A stretch of 64,000 bases of DNA from Candidatus Uhrbacteria bacterium RIFOXYB12_FULL_58_10 (GCA_943354165.1 CALRBH010000004.1:1049-65048), one strand, 5' to 3'; shown: positions 28,386-40,243, numbered from the stretch's first letter. The notes: a model not told the origin generated them from the sequence alone. Program-made: numbers and translations.

Positions 28386-29237
28386 ATGCTTATCGATACG
28401 CACTGTCACGTCCACGTGAATGCTTTTAAGGACGACATGGACGAAGTCATCAAGCGCGCGCTTGCATCGGGAGTAAAAATGATCACGGTCGGCACGCAGC
28501 GCGACACGAGTGCGAGCGGACTCCTCGTTGCGGAAAAATACGAGGGCGTCTGGGCCTCCGTGGGCCTGCACCCAAACCACGTCTGCGATCCCGAGTTCCT
28601 CGATCCCAACGAACTCGAGCATCCAGTTCACGGCGAGACCTTCGATCCTGGCTATTATCGAAAGCTGGCGCTTCATCCGAAGTGCGTAGCGATCGGCGAA
28701 TGCGGGCTCGATTATTATCGATTACCTGAAGGAGGCGACCACGCCTTGATGAAACGAAAACAGGAGGAGGCACTCCGCGCGCACTTCGACCTGGCAACAG
28801 AACTGGGGAAGCCAGTCATCATCCATTGCCGCGACGCGCACGCCGAACAGACGAAGATCATCCGCGAATACGTCGAAGCGGGAAAACTCGCACGCCGTGG
28901 CGTGATTCATTGCTTTACCGGCACGCTCGATGAGGCACGCGCCTACATCGAACTTGGCTTTTACATTTCGTTTACGGGCATTATCACCTTCCCGCCACGC
29001 AAGGATGAGGGGGAAGTCAGCCCTCTCCAGCAAACTGTCAAGGGTATTTCCATTGACCGAATTCTGATCGAAACCGATGCACCATATTTGACCCCCATTC
29101 CGTTCCGCGGCAAGCGGAACGAGCCGGCTCACGTGAAATTTGTTGCAGAAAAAATCGCGCAGTTAAAGGGCATGACTATGGAGGAAGTGGCTAAGATTAC
29201 GACAGAAAACGCACAGCAGCTGTTTGACCTGAACTAG
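28386..29237 (+). CDS. tatD: TatD family metal-dependent DNase
   Basis: IDTHCHVH N-terminus, conserved E/H/D metal ligands. Confidence 0.8.
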   Translation: MLIDTHCHVHVNAFKDDMDEVIKRALASGVKMITVGTQRDTSASGLLVAEKYEGVWASVGLHPNHVCDPEFLDPNELEHPVHGETFDPGYYRKLALHPKCVAIGECGLDYYRLPEGGDHALMKRKQEEALRAHFDLATELGKPVIIHCRDAHAEQTKIIREYVEAGKLARRGVIHCFTGTLDEARAYIELGFYISFTGIITFPPRKDEGEVSPLQQTVKGISIDRILIETDAPYLTPIPFRGKRNEPAHVKFVAEKIAQLKGMTMEEVAKITTENAQQLFDLN

Positions 29238-29242
29238 AAGAA

Positions 29243-29263
29243 GACCCAGACGGGTCTTTTTTT
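29243..29263 (+). terminator. rho-independent terminator after tatD (GACCC-AGAC-GGGTC + T7)
   Basis: Seen in sequence. Confidence 0.55.
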
Positions 29264-29270
29264 ATTCCCA

Positions 29271-29299
29271 TTGACGCGTTCAGCCAAAACTCGTACAAT
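29271..29299 (+). promoter_or_regulatory. sigma70 promoter for the atp operon (TTGACG-17-TACAAT)
   Basis: -35 29271-29276, -10 29294-29299, ATG of first gene at 29315. Confidence 0.6.
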
Positions 29300-29314
29300 C
29301 CGGCCCGTAATCGT

Positions 29315-29578
29315 ATGAACTCAGACGCCGCCTATATCAGACTTGGAATGCGAATATTTGCCGACATGTCGGGAAGTATTGCGATCCCCTGTGTTCTTGC
29401 TGCTGTGGCGGGCGAGTGGGTCGATACACGTTACGGGACTGCCCCGTGGGTTCTGATCTTGTTTCTTCTCATCGCCTTTTTCGGTTCCGCGCTGCTCATT
29501 GCCCGTAAGGCAGTAACGTATGACTCAGAATACAAAAAGCTGATGGCTGATCACGATAAAACCGACAAAACCTCCTAA
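29315..29578 (+). CDS. AtpZ/AtpI-like small membrane protein preceding atpB
   Basis: 87 aa, two TM helices, AGEWVDTRYGTAPW motif resembling the ATPase_gene1 family. Confidence 0.45.
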   Translation: MNSDAAYIRLGMRIFADMSGSIAIPCVLAAVAGEWVDTRYGTAPWVLILFLLIAFFGSALLIARKAVTYDSEYKKLMADHDKTDKTS

Positions 29579-29580
29579 GT

Positions 29581-30420
29581 ATGGCCTCCCCAGCCGCTGA
29601 GCCAATTTTCCACCTCGGGCTCCTTCCCGTTACGAACGCCCTCATAAACGGGTGGATTGCTGTGGTGTTTTTTGTTGCGCTGGCGATGGCGGTCCGTGCC
29701 AGCATTACGCACAATGTTCCAGGCAAGTTACAAAACGCTATGGAAGCGCTCGTGGAACTGGCGCTGGTGGAATTCCAAAAAGTGACGGGGGATCGCGTTC
29801 GCGCGGTCGCGTTCTTGCCCATCGTCGGTTCGCTCTTCCTCTTCATTTTATTCTCCAACTGGCTAGGTCTGATTCCAGGCACAGGCTCCATTGGACGCTA
29901 TCTCATTTATGACGGTCACCTCACGTTGGTGCCATTGCTCCGCCCAGCCGCATCGGATTTGAACCTCACCCTTGGAATTGCCCTGTTTGCCGTGCTTGGT
30001 TCTCATGCCTACGCCTTGCGCGCCCTTGGATTTGCTGACCATGTCAGTAAGTTCATTAATCTGCGGGGTATTTGGCGCTCGTTCCGTAAGGGACCGATAG
30101 CTATTCTCGTAGCGGTCATTGAATTCGGTGTGGGGATTATTGAAATCGTGAGTGAAGGGGCGAAAGTTCTCTCGCTCTCGTTGCGTTTGTTCGGAAACGT
30201 GTTCGCTGGTGAGGTGCTTATGACGGTCATCCTCGGGCTCTTTGCATTCGTGCTTCCGATCCCATTCATGTTCCTCGAAGTGCTCGTCGGGATCGTACAA
30301 GCAACGGTATTCTCCTTGTTAACCTTGGCCTATCTCACGGTAGCTACCTCCGCTCACGAGCACGATGACAAGGAACACGCCGAACACGAAGGCGAGGTAC
30401 ACGAGCCAGCACACGCATAA
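29581..30420 (+). CDS. atpB: F0F1 ATP synthase subunit a, with His/Glu-rich C-terminal tail
   Basis: LSLRLFGNVFAGE with essential Arg; tail HEHDDKEHAEHEGEVHEPAHA. Confidence 0.85.
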   Translation: MASPAAEPIFHLGLLPVTNALINGWIAVVFFVALAMAVRASITHNVPGKLQNAMEALVELALVEFQKVTGDRVRAVAFLPIVGSLFLFILFSNWLGLIPGTGSIGRYLIYDGHLTLVPLLRPAASDLNLTLGIALFAVLGSHAYALRALGFADHVSKFINLRGIWRSFRKGPIAILVAVIEFGVGIIEIVSEGAKVLSLSLRLFGNVFAGEVLMTVILGLFAFVLPIPFMFLEVLVGIVQATVFSLLTLAYLTVATSAHEHDDKEHAEHEGEVHEPAHA

Positions 30421-30442
30421 GCAGTGTCGCGTTTCGCTTTGT

Positions 30443-30461
30443 CGGCTCTTCTGCAGAGCCG
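30443..30461 (+). promoter_or_regulatory. intercistronic stem-loop atpB|atpE (CGGCTCT-TCTGC-AGAGCCG)
   Basis: Seen in sequence. Confidence 0.4.
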
Positions 30462-30473
30462 GCAAGACCCTAA

Positions 30474-30710
<237 letters not shown>

Positions 30711-30727
30711 GCTCGGACGCTCACGAA

Positions 30728-30752
30728 CCGCCCTGAGCTTGTCGAAGGGCGG
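30728..30752 (+). promoter_or_regulatory. intercistronic stem-loop atpE|atpF (CCGCCC-N13-GGGCGG)
   Basis: Seen in sequence. Confidence 0.35.
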
Positions 30753-30754
30753 AG

Positions 30755-31330
30755 GTGAACGCCGGAACTTACCAAAATTACCCTATGGCCGTTGACCCTC
30801 AAATTGCACAAGAAGTCGTAAAAACCGGTATTGCCGGAACGTTTGGACTCGACCTTAAGATCTTCATTGCCCAGCTCGTAAACTTTACGATCGTTCTGTT
30901 TGTACTGAAGAAGTTCATCTTCACTCCCTTGGTGAAGATTCTGGAGGCCCGTCAGGCCGCCGTGGACAAGGGGATGACTCAGGCCGCGGAAGCAGAACGC
31001 CGATTGGCAGAAATCACGGTTGAACGGGAAAAGGCTATGCAGGACGCCCGCCGGGACGCTTCGGAGCTCATCCGCGCAGCGCAGACCGACGCTGTACGCC
31101 TTGTTGACCGCATGAAGGAACAGGCCAAGGTGGACGTTGAATCCGTGGTGAAGCAAGGAAAGGAACGTCTGCGTATTGAGCAGGACTCCCTCCGTCGCGA
31201 AATCGCCGAAGACGTCTCCACCCTCATCGTAGAAGCCGCTGGAAAAGTCCTTGGACAGTCGCTCGATGACAAGAAGGGCCAGAAGATCGCGGACGCCGCG
31301 GTTGCTGAATGGGTAACGTCCCGCACCTAA
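30755..31330 (+). CDS. atpF: F0F1 ATP synthase subunit b (GTG start per ORF track; first ATG at 30785)
   Basis: Single N-terminal TM then long charged helix. Confidence 0.7.
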   Translation: MNAGTYQNYPMAVDPQIAQEVVKTGIAGTFGLDLKIFIAQLVNFTIVLFVLKKFIFTPLVKILEARQAAVDKGMTQAAEAERRLAEITVEREKAMQDARRDASELIRAAQTDAVRLVDRMKEQAKVDVESVVKQGKERLRIEQDSLRREIAEDVSTLIVEAAGKVLGQSLDDKKGQKIADAAVAEWVTSRT

Positions 31331-31331
31331 T

Positions 31332-31724
31332 ATGCGGATGACCTCACGACAACTCGCCGACGTGCTCGTAAACGGCGCACTCAAGGCGGACACCAAGAAG
31401 CTCGGGGCCGTGGTGAAGGCCTACGTGGAATTCCTCGCCTCGCGCAAGGAACTTCACCGCCTGCCGTCCATCGAAAAGGAATTGGGCCGGTCCTGGTCGC
31501 GTGCACAGGGTTTCTCAAAACTGACCGTCGAATCCGCCCATCCGATCTCCTCCAAGGAATCGGCGGCGATAGAAAAAGCCGCGGGAGGAGCGGACGTATC
31601 CATCACGGTGAATCCAGGATTGCTCGGCGGCGTACGCATCCAGACGGAATCCGCCCTGTTCGATGCCAGCATCGCAGGATCGCTCGAACAGCTTAAGCAG
31701 CAACTGGTCTCATCTCTCGCCTAA
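31332..31724 (+). CDS. atpH: F0F1 ATP synthase subunit delta (short, 130 aa)
   Basis: Position between atpF and atpA; helical OSCP-like N-domain. Confidence 0.6.
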   Translation: MRMTSRQLADVLVNGALKADTKKLGAVVKAYVEFLASRKELHRLPSIEKELGRSWSRAQGFSKLTVESAHPISSKESAAIEKAAGGADVSITVNPGLLGGVRIQTESALFDASIAGSLEQLKQQLVSSLA

Positions 31725-31728
31725 CCCT

Positions 31729-33225
31729 ATGACTACCAAATCCGAACTCGTAAACGCGTTGCGCGAGCAGGTGAAAGCCTTCGAAGGCGGCGCCCGCGAA
31801 CAGAAAGTGGGAACCGTCCTCTCCGTGGGCGACGGCATCGTGCGCATCAGCGGACTTGAGCATTGCCAAGCCTCCGAAATGGTTGAGTTTCCCGGCGGCG
31901 TGATGGGCGTGGCCCTCAACCTCGAGGAAGAGACCGTCGGCGCCGTGGTGATCGGCGACACCAGCTCCATCAAGGAGGGCGACCAGGTGAAGTCCACCGG
32001 CCGCATTCTCTCCATGCCAGTATCCGAAGCCGTGATCGGCCGTGTCATCGATCCTCTCGGCAACCCTAAGGACGGAAAGGGTCCCATCAAGTCCAAAGAA
32101 TTTTTCCCCATTGAAAAAGTGGCTCCTGGCGTGATGACCCGCTTGTCCGTGAGCGTTCCGCTCCAGACCGGCATCAAAGCGGTAGACGCCATCATCCCGA
32201 TCGGCCGCGGCCAGCGTGAGCTCATCATCGGCGACCGTCAGACAGGGAAGACCGCGATTGCCATCGACACCATCATCAACCAGAAGGGCCAGAACGTGAA
32301 ATGCATTTACGTCGCCATCGGCCAGAAGGAATCCAAGATCGCGAAGATCGTGGCGAAGCTTGAGGAAACCGGCGCCATGGAATACACGACCGTCGTGGTC
32401 GCTGGCGCTTCGGACCCAGCCGCGCTCTCCTTCATCGCCCCATACTCCGGCTGCACCATCGGAGAATACTTCATGGCAAAGGGCGAGGACGCGCTCATCA
32501 TTTACGACGACCTTTCCAAGCATGCCTGGGCGTACCGCGAAATTTCGCTCTTGCTGCGCCGCCCACCGGGCCGCGAAGCGTACCCAGGTGACGTGTTCTA
32601 CGCGCACTCCCGCCTTCTTGAACGCGCCGCCCGCCTTTCACCTGAATACGGTGGCGGATCGCTTACCGCGCTCCCCATCATCGAAACCCAGGGCGGGGAC
32701 GTTTCTGCCTACATTCCAACCAACGTTATTTCTATCACCGATGGTCAGATTTATCTTGAAAGCGACCTCTTCTACAAAGGCATCCGCCCAGCGCTGAACG
32801 TGGGTATCTCCGTGTCCCGCGTGGGTTCGGCGGCCCAGACCAAGGCCATGAAGAAGGTTGCGGGCAAGCTGAAGCTCGAACTCGCGCAGTTCCGCGAGCT
32901 TGAAGCGTTCGCTCAGTTCGCGACCGACCTCGATGAAAAGACCCGCTCGCAGATTGAGCGCGGACGCCGCCTCACGGAAGTTTTGAAGCAGCCCCAATAC
33001 AAGCCAATGCCGTTCGATGAGCAGGTGGCCGTCATCTACGCCGTTGTGAACGGCTACGCCGACAAGGTGAAGGTCGATGACATCGTGGCCTGGCAGGATG
33101 GCCTCGTCGCCCACATGCACGGCGGCGGCGCTTCCGCTCTAGAGAAGATTCGTTCGACGAAAGACCTGGCCCCAGAAACAGAGGCTGACCTCAAGGCAGC
33201 TATCGAGATGTTTGTTCAGAAGTAA
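31729..33225 (+). CDS. atpA: F0F1 ATP synthase subunit alpha
   Basis: GDRQTGKT Walker A, highly conserved throughout. Confidence 0.95.
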   Translation: MTTKSELVNALREQVKAFEGGAREQKVGTVLSVGDGIVRISGLEHCQASEMVEFPGGVMGVALNLEEETVGAVVIGDTSSIKEGDQVKSTGRILSMPVSEAVIGRVIDPLGNPKDGKGPIKSKEFFPIEKVAPGVMTRLSVSVPLQTGIKAVDAIIPIGRGQRELIIGDRQTGKTAIAIDTIINQKGQNVKCIYVAIGQKESKIAKIVAKLEETGAMEYTTVVVAGASDPAALSFIAPYSGCTIGEYFMAKGEDALIIYDDLSKHAWAYREISLLLRRPPGREAYPGDVFYAHSRLLERAARLSPEYGGGSLTALPIIETQGGDVSAYIPTNVISITDGQIYLESDLFYKGIRPALNVGISVSRVGSAAQTKAMKKVAGKLKLELAQFRELEAFAQFATDLDEKTRSQIERGRRLTEVLKQPQYKPMPFDEQVAVIYAVVNGYADKVKVDDIVAWQDGLVAHMHGGGASALEKIRSTKDLAPETEADLKAAIEMFVQK

Positions 33226-33288
33226 GTAGTTAGTAGAAAGTAGAAAGTAGAAAAAACTACTAACTACTTACTACTATCTACTAACTAA
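33226..33288 (+). repeat. intergenic imperfect hairpin of tandem TAGTAGAAAG / CTACTAACTA units (atpA|atpG)
   Basis: Left arm 33226-33250 purine-rich, right arm 33264-33288 complementary, ~23/25 paired; starts right after the atpA TAA. Confidence 0.6.
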
Positions 33289-33293
33289 TCCGT

Positions 33294-34190
33294 ATGGCCC
33301 TCCAACAACCCCGAGCCATCAAGGGGCGCATCAAGTCGGTGCGCAACACCCGTAAGATCACCAAGGCCATGGAACTGGTCGCCGCGAGCAAGATGCGCCG
33401 CGCCGTCCAGAACACCCTTGCGACCCGGCCGTACACGCGTGCGGCCTGGGAGGCTGTGCGTTCCGTGGGTTTGGTCACGGACGCGAGCCACCATGCGCTT
33501 CTTTCTCAAAACGACAGCGACCGTACCCTGATCATCATGATCACCTCGGATCGCGGTCTCGCCGGCGGGTTCAACACGAATGTCCTGCGCCAGACCATGG
33601 GCCTCATCAAGAAATACGGGGCAGAGAAGACGGATGTCGTCTGCGCAGGCCGCAAAGGAGCCGATGCGATGCGCCGCGCAGGGATGAAGATGGTCGCGGC
33701 CTTCATGGATGTCACGAGCAAGCCGACCTTCGAACAAGTGCTGCCGATCGGCCGATTCGCCGTTGAGGCGTATCTGCGCGGAGAATACGGACGGGTGGTC
33801 ATCGCCTATACGGACTACGTCAGCGCCGTGACACAGAAATCGAACATCTTTGACCTCCTGCCACTCGCCGTGCCGGAAGAACTCGAAAAGGGAACAGGCG
33901 GAACAGAGGTAGAAAACCAGCCGACGATCGAGTACCTTTTCGAACCGTCGCCGAAGGAAGTGCTGGACCGATTGCTTCCGCGCATCGTCGAAGCCGCGGT
34001 CTTCCACCTGGTGCTGGAATCCACCGCCTCAGAGCATTCCTCCCGCATGCTCGCGATGAGGAACGCCTCAGACGCGGCCCGGGACATGATCGATGCCCTG
34101 ACCCTCTCGTTTAACCAGGCACGACAGGCAGGCATCACCAAGGAAATCGCCGAGATTGCGGGTGGAAAAGCGGCTCTTGAGAACAAGAGT

Positions 34191-34193
<3 letters not shown>
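33294..34193 (+). CDS. atpG: F0F1 ATP synthase subunit gamma
   Basis: Conserved N- and C-terminal helices (ITKAMELVAASKMRRA). Confidence 0.9.
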
Positions 34194-35638
<1,445 letters not shown>

Positions 35639-35719
35639 GGTTATAAGGGTGGTAAGGGCTGTAAGGGATTTTCCTTAACTCCTCTTACTCCCCTTACGAC
35701 CCTTACCGCCCTTACCGCC
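35639..35719 (+). repeat. intergenic imperfect hairpin of tandem GTAAGGG / CCCTTAC units (atpD|atpC)
   Basis: Left arm TTATAAGGGTGGTAAGGGCTGTAAGGG (35641-35667), right arm CCCCTTACGACCCTTACCGCCCTTACCGCC (35690-35719). Confidence 0.55.
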
Positions 35720-35721
35720 AT

Positions 35722-36171
35722 ATGTCCCTCAAGCTAAAAGTCGTAACACCAGAACGCATCGTGTTTGAAGACACGGTTGATTCCGTTACCGCCATGACCG
35801 AGAGTGGGGAAGTCACCATCCTTTCAAACCACATCCCCATTACCGCCGTCCTGCGGCCTGGGGAGGCCATGCTGCGCAAGGCAGGCGTGCCATCTTACCT
35901 CGCCATGTCCACCGGGTTCATGCAGGTTCGCCCTGGGAACGAGGTGTTGATCCTCGCGGACACAGCAGAACGCATGGAGGAACTCGAGCTTGGGAAGATC
36001 GAGGAGGCCAAGAAAATGGCCGAGAAGATCCTGTCCGAAAAGAAGGCCGGCGACGATGTGATGTTCGCCAATGCGGCCGCCAACCTCGAACGCGAATTGG
36101 CACGCTATAAGGTGGCCATTCGCCGACGCGGATCCGTACACGGAACACGTTCGCCGGAAACTGAAGGGTAA
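35722..36171 (+). CDS. atpC: F0F1 ATP synthase subunit epsilon
   Basis: Beta-sandwich N-domain plus C-terminal helices; operon position. Confidence 0.85.
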   Translation: MSLKLKVVTPERIVFEDTVDSVTAMTESGEVTILSNHIPITAVLRPGEAMLRKAGVPSYLAMSTGFMQVRPGNEVLILADTAERMEELELGKIEEAKKMAEKILSEKKAGDDVMFANAAANLERELARYKVAIRRRGSVHGTRSPETEG

Positions 36172-36178
36172 TGACAAG

Positions 36179-36209
36179 GCAGCCTCTAGGGGCTGCTTTT
36201 GACTTTTTT
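36179..36209 (+). terminator. rho-independent terminator of the atp operon (GCAGCC-TCTAGG-GGCTGC + TTTTGACTTTTTT)
   Basis: Seen in sequence. Confidence 0.65.
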
Positions 36210-36271
36210 GGCTATTTGTTGCAGTATTTCGCAGCGCCTTACACGTTGTTTGGCGACAACCAGGAGAAGTG

Positions 36272-36790
36272 ATGGCAAGGAAGACTGTGGTGGTAATTGC
36301 TCCGAAGGATGAGCGCATTGAGAAGATTGGGATCCGCAAGATCCTGAGCCTTCATACAGCGCTCAGCAAGATGATCGGAGATGGGAAAGACGTTGATCTC
36401 TGGATGTTCACGACCCGTGAAGACCCGCTTGCGGTGATGGTGGGGATCGGGCAGACGGTCGTCGACATGCGCGAATACATGGAGGAACGCTTCGCCTGTG
36501 CGAGCGCTCCGCCCATCTGCGGCGTCCTGCTGCAGGTTAATGAGCTCCAAGAGGCGTTGGAGGACACGATCGTCAACGACGGCACCGGCGAGGAAGAGTT
36601 CAAGAAGGCTGAGGCGGGAATCAAAGGCATGATGTCAACGTTCAGCCGCCGGTTCAATCCTACGAAGGAACCGACCGTCTACACGGCAAAGCTGGTCTTC
36701 ACGAACGAGAAGGCCAAGAAGTTCACTCGCGTGAGAATGGTCACCAAGTCCAGCTTGGACCAAGAGACCGCCCAGAACGCACCCGCTTAG
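36272..36790 (+). CDS. hypothetical protein (172 aa) with canonical SD AGGAGA
   Basis: ORF with protein-like composition; no family recognised. Confidence 0.4.
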   Translation: MARKTVVVIAPKDERIEKIGIRKILSLHTALSKMIGDGKDVDLWMFTTREDPLAVMVGIGQTVVDMREYMEERFACASAPPICGVLLQVNELQEALEDTIVNDGTGEEEFKKAEAGIKGMMSTFSRRFNPTKEPTVYTAKLVFTNEKAKKFTRVRMVTKSSLDQETAQNAPA

Positions 36791-36793
36791 GCG

Positions 36794-36822
36794 TTCAAAC
36801 ACCTCACGACCGCTCGTATAAT
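36794..36822 (+). promoter_or_regulatory. sigma70 promoter (TTCAAA-17-TATAAT) upstream of the helicase-nuclease gene
   Basis: -35 36794-36799, -10 36817-36822. Confidence 0.5.
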
Positions 36823-36876
36823 TGCCGCCCGTCACTTGGGTGGCACTTTTATTTTATGTGCTAGGATGGTCGGGCT

Positions 36877-39819
36877 ATGGTGGACTTACTCGACGGTTTA
36901 AACGATGAACAACGCGCCGCGGTGACCCATAAAGACGGGCCGCTTTTGATCGTCGCTGGAGCGGGAACAGGGAAAACCACCGTGATCGTAAACCGCATTG
37001 CCTGGCTCATCGACCAGAAGCTGGCAAAGCCAGAAAACATCCTGGCTCTTACATTTACCGATAAGGCCGCTGGGGAGATGGAGGAGCGCGTCGATAAGAT
37101 CTTGCCTTACGGCTACGTGGAACTTCAGATTTCCACCTTCCACGCCTTTTGTGAAAAGCTCCTGCGCGAATACGGGGCCGAAATGGGCCTTCCGCGGGAT
37201 TTTAAGGTCCTAACAGAACTCGATGCTTGGCTTCTTACCCGCATGCATCTAGAAAAGTTCGAACTCGACCATTTCCGCCCGCTCGGGAACCCCACCCGCC
37301 ACCTGCGTTCCTTGATTTCCCACTTTTCCAGGCTCAAGGACGCTAGTGTGACCACCCAGCAATACCTCGACTTTGCAGAAGCGAAAGAAGCCGATTTAGA
37401 TGGGAAGAATGCGGACGATGAGGGGTCGGCGGAGATAAAGCGGGTAAAGGAACTCGCCGGCGCCTACCACACCTATCAGCGCGTACTGGCCGAGAACGCG
37501 ATGCTCGATTTTGGGGACCTTATTGCCTATACACTAAAGTTGCTCAAGGAACGGCCGACGGTTTTAAAGGAGATTCGCACGCGTTTCTCGTACGTTCTCG
37601 TCGACGAGTTCCAGGACACAAACTTTGCTCAATACGAATTAGTGAAGCTTATTGCCGCTCCAAAGAATAACCTCACAGTAGTAGGGGACGACGACCAGTC
37701 CATCTACGCGTTCCGCGGCGCGAGCCTCGAAAACATCCTTCGATTTGAGACCGATTATGCAGACGCCGCCCGCGTAGTTTTGATCCGAAACTACCGTTCG
37801 GTTCAGTCGATCTTGGACGCCGCTCACAAGTTTATCCAGGCCAACAACCCGAACCGACTGGAATCGAAAAGCGGATTGTCGAAGAAGCTAATTTCATCGA
37901 AGGAGGGTTTGGGGAACGTCGCACACATCCACGTAGGAACCTTGGAGGAAGAAACAGCTCTTGTCGGTCGTAAAATCCTTGAATTGAAGCAGACGGATCC
38001 GGAGCTCACCTGGAACGACATCGCGATTCTTGTTCGAGGGAACGATTCGGCGGTTCCATTCCTCGCCTCACTCGATCGTCGTCGCATTCCATACCAGTTC
38101 CTGGCCATGCGCGGGCTCTATACAAAGCCAGCCGTCCTCGACGTCGTCGCCTATCTACGCGCCCTCGACAATCCGTTCGACAGCCCGAGTGTTTATCGTT
38201 GCCTAACCCATCCACGACTCGGAATCCTGGGCCCAACCCTCCACGAACTGACCCACTGGGCGAACCGAAAAGGGAAGTCGTTGTTCGAGGCGTGCATCGC
38301 TGCTCGTAGCTGGAGCGAAATCCCCCCTGAGCAGACGGAAAAAATCGAATCGTTCGTTTCTGGGATCGAAAAACTGCGCCCAGAAGCCCTCAAACGAAAG
38401 ACGCCAGAGCTCTTCGTAAAGATCGTGCATGACGCAGGCTTCTTGAGCTATATAAACGGCCTCGGCGATCGCCAGAAGCAGGAAGCCTTTGGTCAACTTG
38501 AACAGTTCCACAAGCGAATGAAGTCGTTCGAGGATCGACACGATACCCCGGTTCTTCGCCATTTCCTTGATGAATTCAAGCAGGAACGAGATGCGGGCGA
38601 AGAGGGTTCCCTGGCTCCAGACATAGAATCCGGACCTGACATGGTGCGGGTAATGACCGTGCACGCCAGCAAGGGTCTCGAATTCAAACACGTCTTCGTA
38701 GTAGGCCTCGTAGACCGTCGTTTCCCGACCGATGTGCGCCGTGAAGCCATTCCTATTCCCGAAGGGTTGCTTGGCGAGGCGGAAAAGGAAGAGGGCTGGC
38801 ACCTGGAAGAGGAACGTCGTCTGTTTTACGTGGCCATGACGCGTGCAAAAGAAGGTTTGTACTTCACCTCGGCCGAAGATTACGGCGGCGCCCGCAAACG
38901 CAAGATTTCCCGCTTCCTTTCCGAGCTCGGCTACGACGGAACTGCGCGAGAGGAATCGATGCCGAGCGAACTACTCGCCCCGCTCGACGAAGACACGGGC
39001 GGCATTGTCCTCTCTGAGCGAGAGACGGTCATTCATGTCCCAAAACACTTCTCATTTTCTCAGCTCGTAGCATTCCGCACCTGCCCGCTCCAATACAAGT
39101 TCGCGCACATCTTGAAGATCCCCGTGTTCGGAAAGGGAACGTTCTCGTTTGGGAAAACGATGCACAACACGCTTCAAGCTTTCCTCACCGCCTGGATGGA
39201 GCGTGCGGGGAAACGACAAGAATCGCTTTTCGCCACCCCCGCAACTAAACAGACCGAACTTCCTGTCTCGATGGCAGAGTTGCTGACCCAATACACGGAT
39301 TCCTGGCAGGACGATTGGTTCGAAAACGACCTCGAACGCGAGCGCTACCGGAAGGAAGGAAAGGATTCACTCGCGGCGTTTTATGCGCAATGCAAAACGA
39401 CACCTCCAACCCCTATCGCTCTCGAACGCGCCTTCAGCCTAAAGATCGGCGATATCACCCTCAAGGGCCGCATCGACCGCATCGACCAGGCGGGAGACGG
39501 GGTCGAAATCATTGACTACAAAACCGGTACACCTAAAACGGACAATGGAATAAAAAAGGAAGACAAGGAACAGCTCTACCTGTACCAGATGGCCGCCGAG
39601 GAACTCTTTGGGTACAAGGTGATCAAACTCACGTATCATTACCTCCGCGACCATTCCAAAGTGTCATTCTTAGCGGAACCAGAAGAACTTCTCGAAATGC
39701 GGGAGGAAATCACGGATCGTGTCGCACGCATCCGAACCAGCGATTTTTCCCCAAAGCCAAGCGAATTCACCTGCAAGTACTGCGACTTCAAAGATATTTG
39801 TGAATACTCAAAGGCATAG
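36877..39819 (+). CDS. UvrD/PcrA-like SF1 helicase fused to C-terminal RecB-family PD-(D/E)xK nuclease with Cas4-like 4-Cys cluster
   Basis: AGAGTGKT Walker A, DEFQDT, TVHASKGLEF helicase motifs; C-terminus RTCPLQYKF...IDRIDQ...IIDYKTG...CKYCDFKDIC. Confidence 0.75.
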   Translation: MVDLLDGLNDEQRAAVTHKDGPLLIVAGAGTGKTTVIVNRIAWLIDQKLAKPENILALTFTDKAAGEMEERVDKILPYGYVELQISTFHAFCEKLLREYGAEMGLPRDFKVLTELDAWLLTRMHLEKFELDHFRPLGNPTRHLRSLISHFSRLKDASVTTQQYLDFAEAKEADLDGKNADDEGSAEIKRVKELAGAYHTYQRVLAENAMLDFGDLIAYTLKLLKERPTVLKEIRTRFSYVLVDEFQDTNFAQYELVKLIAAPKNNLTVVGDDDQSIYAFRGASLENILRFETDYADAARVVLIRNYRSVQSILDAAHKFIQANNPNRLESKSGLSKKLISSKEGLGNVAHIHVGTLEEETALVGRKILELKQTDPELTWNDIAILVRGNDSAVPFLASLDRRRIPYQFLAMRGLYTKPAVLDVVAYLRALDNPFDSPSVYRCLTHPRLGILGPTLHELTHWANRKGKSLFEACIAARSWSEIPPEQTEKIESFVSGIEKLRPEALKRKTPELFVKIVHDAGFLSYINGLGDRQKQEAFGQLEQFHKRMKSFEDRHDTPVLRHFLDEFKQERDAGEEGSLAPDIESGPDMVRVMTVHASKGLEFKHVFVVGLVDRRFPTDVRREAIPIPEGLLGEAEKEEGWHLEEERRLFYVAMTRAKEGLYFTSAEDYGGARKRKISRFLSELGYDGTAREESMPSELLAPLDEDTGGIVLSERETVIHVPKHFSFSQLVAFRTCPLQYKFAHILKIPVFGKGTFSFGKTMHNTLQAFLTAWMERAGKRQESLFATPATKQTELPVSMAELLTQYTDSWQDDWFENDLERERYRKEGKDSLAAFYAQCKTTPPTPIALERAFSLKIGDITLKGRIDRIDQAGDGVEIIDYKTGTPKTDNGIKKEDKEQLYLYQMAAEELFGYKVIKLTYHYLRDHSKVSFLAEPEELLEMREEITDRVARIRTSDFSPKPSEFTCKYCDFKDICEYSKA

Positions 39820-39821
39820 AC

Positions 39822-39911
39822 GTTAAGGGTTGTAAGGGCAGTAAGGTCTGTAAGGGGTTGAATATTCCCTAACAGCCCCTAACGACCCTTACCACCATTA
39901 TCGCCCTTAAA
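39822..39911 (+). repeat. intergenic imperfect hairpin of tandem GTAAGGG / CCCTAAC units after the helicase-nuclease gene
   Basis: Left arm GTTAAGGGTTGTAAGGGCAGTAAGGTCTGTAAGGGG (39822-39857), loop TTGAATATT, right arm CCCTAACAGCCCCTAACGACCCTTACC... Confidence 0.55.
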
Positions 39912-39916
39912 CCCAT

Positions 39917-40243
39917 ATGTTCGACATCAAATCTCTCCTCGGTGACTCGATCAAGCGCAATCACATCGCCTCGCAAGTGACGACCGCGAGGATCCTCGAG
40001 GAGGCGCAAAAGGCGATCGCCGAAGTTCTCCCTCCCGGGCGGAGCGGGGATGCGAAAGCCGTATCAACTCAAGACGGCCTCCTGTCGATCGACTGCCTAA
40101 ACGCGCCCGCCTCACATCGCATTTCCTCCCAGGAACGCGTGCTGCTTGACCACATTGTTCGCGCCCTCCCGACCGCGGATCTCCGCAAGGTTCGGACGCG
40201 CATCGTGCAACGATTTGGCGGACTGCATGATGTGATAGAATAG
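39917..40243 (+). CDS. DUF721/DciA-like protein
   Basis: 108 aa; pattern ...HIASQVTTARILEEAQ...DGLLSIDCLNAPASHRI... resembles DciA family. Confidence 0.35.
   Translation: MFDIKSLLGDSIKRNHIASQVTTARILEEAQKAIAEVLPPGRSGDAKAVSTQDGLLSIDCLNAPASHRISSQERVLLDHIVRALPTADLRKVRTRIVQRFGGLHDVIE

Noticed and set aside
31693-32607. Long antisense ORFs in the track overlapping atpA and atpD (e.g. 31693-32607 minus, 34457-35596 minus) and others such as 3485-4513 minus
   Set aside because: Shadow ORFs on the opposite strand of strongly conserved GC-rich genes. Their translations are low-complexity (Gly/Ala/Arg/His-rich) with no family resemblance.
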